A DNA stretch of 29,409 bases, taken from positions 1-29,409 of the forward strand of contig BAAFSQ010000116.1 of assembly GCA_054661495.1 (NCBI GenBank). The letters are read 5' to 3'. Of the stretch, positions 1 through 9,875 are shown in pieces; the first letter of the stretch is position 1, and every line of letters starts with the position of its first letter. Below the pieces are notes generated by a model. That model did no database searches, was not told the DNA's origin, and saw only the letters and a list, made by a program, of their open reading frames with translations. Source of the DNA: Zygophlyctis sp. KS116. Taxonomy: Eukaryota; Fungi; Chytridiomycota. A program made the translations under genes and the position numbers.

Positions 1-872
1 ATGCAAGACTCATTTGTATCTTTTGAAAACCTCAATACCATTAACCACTCATCCGCTTGGATACCAAGAGTTTTTTCACATTTGAGAAGGAAATCAGAGT
101 CTATACCAACAGATATTGATAGTAGCGGACTTCATATGTTAACTTCATTTGCTCCATGGGGCTCTACTCCTACTGATATGAATATGGAAAGTAGAACCTT
201 GGCAGGCCGAAGTGATATTTGTAGGAAAAAATCCAATTCAGCAGATCCGATTATCATTGATAATAGTTGTATTGATGAAATTCCAGAGACTTTTCTTCAG
301 AGGAGTTCTTCACAAAAATCGGTGCATTCAAGATCAGTTTCTCTACCAACTACTTTTAAAGATTATTTACCAGACTTCTTGAATAATTTCATGTCTACGC
401 ATCCTGAAGATTTGGAAAATAATTCTAACAAGCATATATTTAAACTGGGAAACTCTCATTCTATTTATTTTGAAGGAACTGGGATAAAAATGTATACTGT
501 TTACATTATTGAAATGGAATTGATTAAATCAGATTCATCTAATCAAACTTTTAAGATTAAGAAGAGATTTTCGGAATTTAAGGATTTACATGATAATTTA
601 ATCAAGATTTATGGGGTAAAATTACCATCATTTCCAAAAAAGTCATTACTTGGTAAGTTTGGAAGTTTAAATGATTAGGGAGATTTTCTAGTATTGTCAT
701 TCAATCTAGAATGAACAAATTCATTCAACTTTTGGAATTTATTCTAAGAAATCCTATCTTGAAAGAGTCTACATTATTTTTGCATTTCTTAGGATTTAAT
801 CAAGAAAATTCACTGGAAGATTTTCGGTCAGATTGTTCAAATGAAACGTATACTACAGCTATGCAGCTATAA
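1..872 (+). CDS. PX (phox homology) domain protein; may be 5'-truncated; one 26-nt intron (653-678)
   Basis: YTVYIIE...FKIKKRFSEFKDLHDNL...LPSFPKK is a PX signature. Removing gtaagt...attag (653-678) gives LGRFSSIVIQSRMNKFIQLLEFILRNP...FLHFL, the PX C-terminal helices. Stop TAA at 870-872. Confidence 0.85.
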
Positions 873-1831
873 ATTCTTCTTCGTCTTCTTCATCATCATC
901 TTCAGCAGTCACGGTTGACGCTGTTACGTCTATTTCAATTTCAGTTTTAGGTAAATCTGTCGCAGGCATCACCCCATCTGACCCATTAGTATTTTCGCTA
1001 ACGGCCAGTTTGGAATAATAATTATCAAGATCTAGTGTAAAAAATGAAAATCTTGTTACATGCATTCTTTGAAGTTTTCAAGTTTTCTCCTCCTGATGAT
1101 GTAATTTCGACATGTACCGATACACTTGCACCAGATTCTTTTGAGAATTTCAAATCTTGTGCTTCTTCTCCTTCAAAGTCTTGAGTTTGAGACTTATTCT
1201 TTAACAAGTTTTCAAATTTAATTCTAGTGATTAGATTAATGACTTACTCTGGTAGAATGATTGAGTCTGTTAATTTTAGTAAATCCACAATCGGTTTACA
1301 TTCATTCATAAAGTTCATGAATCTTTCTGAATTTTCCTTTGATGCTTCATTCTTTTGATCTAAAAAAAGTTCCCCGCTGCAATAATCGCAAATGGGAATT
1401 TTATCTGCATTAGTCTCGAGAGTCAACATATCAAGTGCATTAAATTCCCTATTGCATGGCGTACAAACAAATGGAAGATTATTCATTTGATCTTGAACCT
1501 TTTTTTCGATAATCTTTCCAATTTTGTAGATTTTGTATTTGATTGCATTGATCGCATGTGGGAAATCAATAAAATAGTATGATTTTGAAGTCTTTGATCT
1601 CTTTTTAAAATCGTTTTCCAATGCTTCCCATCTTGATTCAACTTTAATGATCCCATCGGCTTTTAACTTGTAACAAACTCTATTAACTTCCTTTGTTTTA
1701 TCCTTTAGCGCTGTCGCTAATTCTTCATCAGAGAGAATGTTATTCTTGATGAGTAGATCAAAGATGACAACTGATTTGGGATCATAGAAACATCTCACAG
1801 TTTGCGATAATAACTTGTGAACTATTTCCAT
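859..1831 (-). CDS. TFA1: TFIIE alpha subunit; two introns of 24 and 28 nt
   Basis: N-terminal winged helix (LSDEELATAL...YYFIDF..AINAIKYKI), zinc ribbon CTPC...CDYC and acidic C-terminus EDDDEEDEEEF. GT-AG introns join the three ORF-track pieces. Confidence 0.9.
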
Positions 1832-2056
1832 TCCTAGGGTATTACAAACAAGTTTTATGGCTAATGATTCAAAAATTGAGGAATTTATTTGGTTGATCTT
1901 AAAATCCCTTAAACGATAAATTGCATTCTATGGATCTGGAGTCATTTTGCAAACTCCAGGAATATCAGCATCGTCATCCTGCGTTCGCACTGTAGGAAAA
2001 AAATTTAGCCATTTAATTTAACAATAAGCCTGCAGAAATATTTCGGACATGAATAA

Positions 2057-2764
2057 TCAATTACAAACGGTTGACACTAAATGCTCCATCTTAATAATAT
2101 TTCCCAATGCATTAAGTGTCCAATCTCTAGACATATTGAGTCTCTGTTGGGTGATCTTGATCAATTTAACTGAAATATACTTTAACTGTTGGAAACTTTG
2201 TATTTCCTCATCTTCTATCAGCTGATTAAAACTCTGTCTAAGAGCTGCTAGTGATAAGTTCCCTGCATTTATCGAAAGTTTCATACGATCGTCAGAATTA
2301 TGAAAAATGTTTTTACTTGGAAGAAGAGAGTCTAGAGACAAACGTTTTGAATATCTACTTGAATCCATGAATAAGAAATCTAAGTGATTATAAAGCAATG
2401 AAAAGTCCTCATTTATATTCCATAACTGTTTGACGTTTCCCTTGATCTCTTCCCTAGAGTTTTTTAAAGCATCTATAGATATTTGGTCTGAAAACAACGA
2501 TCCGAATTCGATTATATGAGCGGAATACAATTCAAATTCCTTTAATTTAGACCGACAGTATCTTTCTCCGGACTTTAAAGACTCGAGTAATTGGTATTTC
2601 AATTCATCAACCTCTTCTGATCCATGAATCATCTTTGCCGTACATCCATCATTGAAATTTGGGCTTTTCATAGAAGCAAGTGAGGAATAGCCACTATCAC
2701 AGATTGTGGAGCCATTAATATGATTGATCGTCTTTGTCTTTCTTTGCTTTTGAAGTTTGGGCAT
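2057..2764 (-). CDS. Uncharacterised all-helical protein, dispersed intronless paralog A of the 15-19 kb family
   Basis: First ATG at 2764. Shares QLWNINEDFSLLYNHLDFLF, SINAG..LAALR and ITQQRLNMSRDW..ALGNI with the tandem genes. Confidence 0.75.
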   Translation of the reverse strand: MPKLQKQRKTKTINHINGSTICDSGYSSLASMKSPNFNDGCTAKMIHGSEEVDELKYQLLESLKSGERYCRSKLKEFELYSAHIIEFGSLFSDQISIDALKNSREEIKGNVKQLWNINEDFSLLYNHLDFLFMDSSRYSKRLSLDSLLPSKNIFHNSDDRMKLSINAGNLSLAALRQSFNQLIEDEEIQSFQQLKYISVKLIKITQQRLNMSRDWTLNALGNIIKMEHLVSTVCN

Positions 2765-2948
2765 TATATTTTTATTTATGTTTGACTCAATCAAGAAAGG
2801 AAGAATTTAGATAAACATGCCGTCACTTATGGATCGAAAAACGGCAGCAAATCGGACACATTGTTTACCCGGAAGATCTATTTATAGCTTTTTAAGCTTT
2901 CAATTGTAATGAATATCTCGGACATTAAACATGTCTTAAATATTCTTT

Positions 2949-5900
2949 CTAATCAGTAAAAATCCCTTCCCATCCTGCTGCAGGAATCTCCCTTTTTCCA
3001 TCAATGTAAAGTCTGCATCTATCAACAAATGCACGAGATGGTTTATCGTCTGTTAAAGCAATAGCCTTTTTAAAGTGCATGACCGCAGACTGCCAGTTTC
3101 TGGATCTATATTCAGACAATCCAAGTTCATAGCAAATTAGAGTCTTATTATATTAGAAAAATTAAGCTTACAGTCATAGTATCATGTGATATTTCATTCT
3201 CTACACGGCCTAATATCTCAAATGCCGTTATTGGTTTTGTGATTCCACGGACTGCGATAGAATCTATTTCACGTGCATGGAACTGTTCTTTGATTGTTTG
3301 TCTGGTTTCTTCATCGGTCAAAATGGGAATTCCATATAATTTTGTCAGTTGCGTGAGTTTTTCAGATGCTCTGATTGATTCTAGAAAATTAAAGATTCTA
3401 GAGTTATACCTCCAATAACAGAATATTCAAACTGCACACCTGCACCAACCATTCCGCATAGCTCGGTTGTAGTGTTAATTCCAAATCCAACCTTTATAGC
3501 AGGAAATCCTTCCGTTTCTAGTTTAATTGACAAATCAAAAGAAGCTGCTCTGACTTAATATTAATAATGGGATTTTGTATTTACTGTCTAATGCTGCTTG
3601 AACAGCTTGTTCTGCGTGATTCATCGATTGAATAGGGGCGCCAAAAATGGCATTTGTCATGTTCCCCTTAAACTTTTCAATAATTCCTTATATTCAATCA
3701 AACAAGATTACCATTATGTTTATGGACAAATTCCAACGCCAGAGCGTAAAAAGAATTTAAAACGTAAACCAATTGCGCGGGTTCAAGTGCTTCTTTAATT
3801 GCACCAACTACTTTTTAAAAACCTATAATTTTACAATTTGTAATTGTCGCTGAAAGATAAGATATTCGTTGATTATTTCCGAGAAGTTTTGATCGACTTT
3901 CTAAAGATATAACATTTTCAACCTTGCCCGGAGTCATATATCTGCTCAAGGCCTCATAGATTATTCTCTCATCATTGATGATCTCTAAAAATAAAACCAC
4001 TTCAGGATTCTTTGAGTCATTTGCAGCACCAAGATTTTTTAAGCGAGTGATGCTATAGTGAATAAAATAGGAATTTCCATGCATAGTAAATTTAACATTT
4101 TTTCCAACAGATGCAGCTTTGCCTTTGTATATTTTGGCTATTTCACCAGAAATTGTCGGATTTTCACCTCCTAACCAATATTGATAAGACGTCAGTTTCA
4201 TGGATTTAATATTTTCATCCGAAATGTTTAGAAGTTCACCCTGGATAATGCTATTCTAAGAATCAATTCCTTGATCAAAATACCAATCTTCCATCTACGT
4301 CAAGCGAAATTGTAATCAAGTCAGAGCTATTCAAGCATGACAATAAATGGTCTCTCGCTTTAGTTACGCCGTCAAGGGATTCCTGCATATCTTTAAATAC
4401 CTTTGATTTTTCAATAGTAACAGCAGCTGAATATGAATAATAAATATGAAATACCTAATGCTGAGAACGAAAATAGTTGTTGCTCATCCTCCTTATTAAA
4501 AGAATTGGTTGCAGGTAGCTTATTAATCACTTGGGTAACACCAATGACCTCGTTCAAACTATTTCGCATAGGAACACAAAGTATATTTCTAGTGCGAAAA
4601 CCAGTTTTAATATCAACAGTTCGGTTAAAGCGGCTATCACTATAAGCTATTTTTGAACTTAATTCTAAAGATCCTACCGTCTGAAATATTAAGAACTTCT
4701 CCTGTCATTGCAACATGTCCTGCTATTCCAAGCCTCATCGGGAATCTAATTTCTGATGCACCTCTAGCCATGCGAGACCAAAGCTCTTCCTTTTCTTTAT
4801 CTATCAAGAACATCGCCGATCGCTCAGCATTGACAAGATCCTGAGCGGTTTTCATTATAACATTTATGAGATCTATTGTTAATTATAACCTAGGTGTACC
4901 TCCCATATCAAGTTCGTTTGACATCATTGAAGCTGTATTTAAAAACATTTTTATATCATCAGTTTTCTTGAGAGCACTTTGCTTAACATTTGAATGATTA
5001 AAAAGCAAAGTTCCCATACTTGCAATGGCTTTGACTACAAATTCATCCTCTACTGTAAAGAAGGGATTTCCCGCCTTTTTATTTATAACTTCAATGATTC
5101 CACAAACACGCATACCATCTCCAAATATAGGAGTAGACAAGATACAATCAACATCAATTTTATCTTTAAATTGTACTTCACACCCCTCTGTGTAGTATTC
5201 TGAAGTTTTTATATTATAAACATTAATTGGTTGACATTTGTTTAATGCAACATATCCAAATAATAATTCAAATGGAACTGTTACATTAATTTTTTGCCAA
5301 GTGCTAGATCTAACAGAAAGCTTTTCAGAATTAGCATCCATAAAGTACACCGTTGCATGTAATGCATCAGTAGAATCCAATATACATTGCAAAAGCAATG
5401 ACATTGATTTTGTCACGTCAACTTCAATAGCTATTTCTTGCATTGTCTGTAACATTGTTTGTAGTCGTTTACATCTTAAAGATAAAAATTCAACTGCAAA
5501 GGCATTTGTGTATTGATTTGAATTGCCTAGTTGTTTTTGAATCAATTCTGTGTCGATATGAGAGTTTAATAATTTGATATAAATATTGGGATTGAAGATG
5601 TTATTATTTGCCATCTGGCTCCTATCAGAATCATTGTTTTGATCAATATTTCTATTTGTAAAAATATCAAGCATACTTTCCATTTGATCCTTTTCCCGCT
5701 CCTCTAGTCTTTTTTTTAGACTGATATCTATGAGCCAACTCACCTGGAACCACCTATACTTATCTATCAAAACTTACATGCAGCTTATCTGTCTCTCCGA
5801 CGATTTTTAGATTCAACATCGTACAAATATAATCTACCTGTTTGGAAGAGCATTTAGCCAATATTCCTCTCAACATTTGATTTCTTTGTCCATCATTCAT

Positions 5901-6155
5901 TCCCGAAAAGGCAGCCCATGATGATTGAATTGAAGAATGCACAGAATGTTCTGAATTGTCTAAACTTAAATGTGGAGTAGCTGATTCTATCGGCTTTTTA
6001 AAAATATGGAATTGAGATTCAATCGGCGGAGCATTTTTGCTTTGGGATTTCTTGGCTATTGGAGGAATGGCACAAGTTGTAAATTTTGATTCTGGGTATG
6101 GCGACAAATTAAGAGTTTTCTGGGGAATGATCTCCCTATCTCTATCTGATTTCAT
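2949..6155 (-). CDS. Tandem GAF-GAF-(PAS-like)-class III nucleotidyl cyclase-like protein, probable pseudo-cyclase; 11 introns of 24-31 nt
   Basis: GAF motifs CILSTPI..GIIEVINKK..FT.EDE and AERSAMFLID..ELWS..GIAGHVA.TGE.LNI.DAYSDSRFN. Cyclase motifs AIFGAP, VGFGINT, EYSVIG and REIDSIAVRGITKP. TPR-like tail ending GWEGIFTD; TAG at 2949-2951. Confidence 0.85.
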
Positions 6156-6262
6156 ATCCGGAAATTTAAAAAAATCCGTCCGAAACTCATATCAATGTTT
6201 AACCGTTAAATATTCATTATACCTTGCCCACATCCATATTTTGTTATCAGTTAACTCATAAT

Positions 6263-7311
6263 ATGATTGCTCTGGGAATGGAAGGCTCAGCCAATAAATT
6301 GGGAATTGGAATCATTAAGCATTCGGATAATGGCCAAGTAGAAATTCTTGCAAATCAAAGAGTAACTTATGTTCCCCCTCCAGGACATGGATTCTTGCCA
6401 AAAGATACTGCAGCTCATCATCGGAAACATATATTACAACTTATCAAAGACTCATTGACTGAAGCATCAATTTCTCCAAAAGATATTGATTGCATTTGCT
6501 TTACAAAAGGGCCTGGAATGGCTAATCCGTTACTAGTAGTTGCTCAAGTTGCTCGCACACTCTCTTTACTTTGGAAAAAGCCATTAGTAGGAGTCAATCA
6601 TTGCATTGGACATATAGAAATGGGTCGCTTAATTACAGGGGCGGAAAATCCAGTTGTATTATATGTTTCTGGAGGAAATACTCAAATAATCGCTTATTCT
6701 AATCATCGCTATAGAATATTTGGTGAAACTATTGATATTGCAATCGGAAATTGTTTAGATAGATTTGCAAGAATCATCCAACTCTCAAATGATCCATCTC
6801 CTGGATATAATATTGAGCAATTTGCGAAATTGTAAGTTTTGTAATATTTAATCTTAGAGGTAAAAAATTCATTGAACTCCCTTATGTTGTAAAGGGAATG
6901 GATGTTTCTTTTTCCGGAATACTTAGTAGCATTGAAAATTTAGCAAAAGGAATGTTAACAAGAGGAGAATGTACAAAAGAAGATTTATGTTTTTCCTTGC
7001 AAGAAACAATGTTTGCAATGTTGGTTGAAATAACTGAAAGAGCCATGGCATATGCCAAAGCATCCCAAGTTCTTATTGTTGGTGGTGTTGGGTGTAATGT
7101 TAGACTGCAGGAAATGATGGGACTCATGGTTAAAGATCGGGGAGGATATCTATTTGCTACAGATGAAAGATTTTGTATTGATAATGGATTAATGATTGCT
7201 CAAGCAGGACTGCTAGAATACAAATCTACTGGAAAGGGAACTCCGATAGAAGAAAGCAACGTTACTCAGAGATTTAGAACTGATGAAGTTTATATATCAT
7301 GGAGAGATTAA
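6263..7311 (+). CDS. KAE1: tRNA N6-threonylcarbamoyltransferase Kae1/OSGEP (KEOPS); 26-nt intron 6832-6857
   Basis: [40 protein letters not shown] and TQRFRTDEV...WRD. Confidence 0.97.
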
Positions 7312-7346
7312 ACGATTGTTTTGAGGTTTTGAGTTGAAGCCCTTAG

Positions 7347-7559
7347 ATGTCTAAACGTAAATCGTCCATTGATGATAACCTGTTAGCGGATGATGCCAAA
7401 AAGCTTAGAATTGTAGATGTACAGCATCCGAAACTTCCTTCATCATTTGTAATTTCTACAATGTCAGACTCTGCTCTTCAGGAAAAACTGTATGTGGAAA
7501 ATCATTACAGAGACATAAATTCTACTCTGGCTCTCCTCAATCACAAAAGAAAAAGTTAA
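7347..7559 (+). CDS. 70-aa microprotein, possibly FAM104/VCF-like
   Basis: ATG-initiated ORF that fills the whole gap. Basic N-terminus (MSKRK..KKLR) and C-terminal helix HYRDINSTLALLNHKR. Confidence 0.55.
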   Translation: MSKRKSSIDDNLLADDAKKLRIVDVQHPKLPSSFVISTMSDSALQEKLYVENHYRDINSTLALLNHKRKS

Positions 7560-9054
7560 AAGAATGAATCTGATTCAGTAAAAGTATCAGTCTTATCGTT
7601 GTACTGAAAGACGGTTAATTTTGTACCATAAGGATGTGGTTTTAAACAAAATAATGCATGTAGTGGCACTTGCAATACTGTCATTTCAACAAGTGGAATT
7701 CCACAAAAGTATGCCAAAAGAGTCCGCTAATTTTAATTGGATTGCTAAAATACCGTTACTGCTTGATGGGTTACCAATAATATATCTGATTCCATTCTTT
7801 CAAGCTCTACAATGATTGGCTGCAAACGATCAATCACATCTGCATAGCATTCACCACCCGGTCCTGGAAATCTAGAGATTAATTTATTCTTTGCACGAGT
7901 TGCAAATTCAGAAGGGTATTGTTCTTGTGCTTCCTGATATGATAGTGATTCACAATTTCCTGCATAAATTTCATTTAATGTTCTAATGTGCTGTATATTG
8001 TATTTTTGTGGGTCAAAATAAGCTACAGATTCTATAGTTCTACGCAATGTTGATGTTAAAACAGTAAATTGAGGTTCTGAATTTTCCCCAGAAAAAGGAT
8101 GACGTTCTTGAATGAATTTGTTCATTGCAAAAGCATATTTTCTCCCTAAAGGAGTCAATGGTGGATCTCCACCTATGCGATTTTCCAGATTGTATTCAGA
8201 CTCTCCATGTCTAGTAATCCATATTACACCTAAAATTTAAGATTTCATTGTATGAAATTACGATCATGAATATTTAATTGCATCAAATAAAATGCTGCTT
8301 GACTAGGAAGATATCCATGTATACGATTACTAATCATCTTTTGTCCCACATTTATCAATTTTATATAACTTAATCCTGCAGCCTCTTCTTCTTCTCCGAT
8401 AGTTTTATAAACCTTTTCATAATTCTTAATTCTCTCGTTAAAGTCTGCTATAGCCAAATCTGGGTCCATACGTGAATAGTCTGGTCCTTGCAATTTCAGT
8501 TTAATATTTTTTTCCAACAAATCATGATCTGTGCATATAGATTCAATAAAGAAAGCTTCAATATTCTTATGTTGTGCGACTCTTTTTAGAAGTTGCTGTC
8601 TTCTCTCCACTGTTGAATTTGTAGCATCATGAATGGCAACTTTACCCCCATTCTGCAACCATACAAAAACATCATCAAGAGTTTCCATTGCAGCCTGATT
8701 TCTAATTTCAACACTTTCAGCATTCATCGGATCAAAGAATCTAGCAGAGTGAGAGGTCTCTGGTTCCGCAGGAATAATTCCAGATGCAGCAGAAGAAGCC
8801 GAACCAGGCCGATCAGGAATATCCTTTTCCTTTTTCAATCTTCGACGATTCCCTACATTAAAAACTCTAGTCAAGTATCCAGACCAATTTAAATATTTAG
8901 ATAATTTTCTAGTGATATAAGATTTCCCCCTATTTTAAGACTGTTAAACTCACCTAGCAGGCAATCCAACCATAAATATTACATACTTTGGACCCAACTC
9001 ATTTCTTTGCTCAAATATCTTTTTAGTGCATAACGATCTATTGCGATCAATCAT
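7556..9054 (-). CDS. Bifunctional 6-phosphofructo-2-kinase/fructose-2,6-bisphosphatase; 3 introns
   Basis: Spliced P-loop MVGLPARGKS, VFNVGNRRR, HDATNST, histidine-phosphatase motif WITRHGES, LNEIYAG and LVTHQAV. Confidence 0.93.
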
Positions 9055-9060
9055 AAGTTT

Positions 9061-9750
9061 TTAATAAAAAGAAACTGCGTGCAAAATCCTTGCATTAGTT
9101 TCTCTTTCTACTTGATTTAAAATAGATTCCATATCTGCATCAATATCTTGAGAGTTATTAATCTAATTTTAATTTTAAAAAAAAGTAATACCAGATCAGC
9201 AAGCCTATGTATAATTTTACCTCCAACTTGGGCTTCGGCATGATTATCTTTAATTTCAATATTTATAACATGAACACTTTTAGTCCCTTCTCCCTCCCTA
9301 TTAATCAAATCTAGATTATTAAAAAAGATAATCTTGAAATACCTTCACAAACTGCATCAAACACCCGTTCTTCACAAGTTATAACAATATCAAAATGTGA
9401 TTTAGTCTCTTGAAACCTTTCTGGAGCCTTTTTGATTTTTCTATTTCTGTCCAACATTTTTAAAATTCCATTATTATTGTAAAGATCGGCATTTTGATTT
9501 TTTAACTCATTATACATATCGTCATAAGGCTTTCCAAAGGGATAACTAAACTCTCAGTAGTATTAAATTACACATTTGGTTTATCCGGAGATGGGCCAGG
9601 TAATCGCACAGCAGTTCCAGTTCCAGCAGATTCAACATTAAATCCACTTTTCCTAAATTATAAGTAAAAACAAATGTACTCTAAAACACAGTGCGCCTCC
9701 ATTGATCTATTATTATTTGATGCACAAACTACACAGAATGTTTTTGGCAT
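9061..9750 (-). CDS. SSU72: RNA polymerase II CTD phosphatase Ssu72; 4 introns
   Basis: [13 protein letters not shown] (CX5R), [19 protein letters not shown] and [11 protein letters not shown]. Stop TAA at 9061-9063. Confidence 0.95.
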
Positions 9751-9875
9751 ATCTGTTACTTCTTAGGCGAAAGGGTAAACTATGTTGTGTCGATGGTTAT
9801 GTGTTGTGTTTCACCGTTTTAAAACGCACATCCTGAAACAGTGTGGCGCCAACTTAAAAAAGTAAACAGCAAAGA

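Noticed and set aside
1880-1998. U1 snRNA (ATTGCATTC and CTGCGTTCGC resemble U1 loops)
   Set aside because: No ACTTACCTG 5' end, no Sm site before the last hairpin, and stems I/II cannot be formed.
3598-8892. Short antisense ORFs over the cyclase, KAE1 and PFK genes
   Set aside because: Shadows of real genes on the opposite strand with no motifs of their own.
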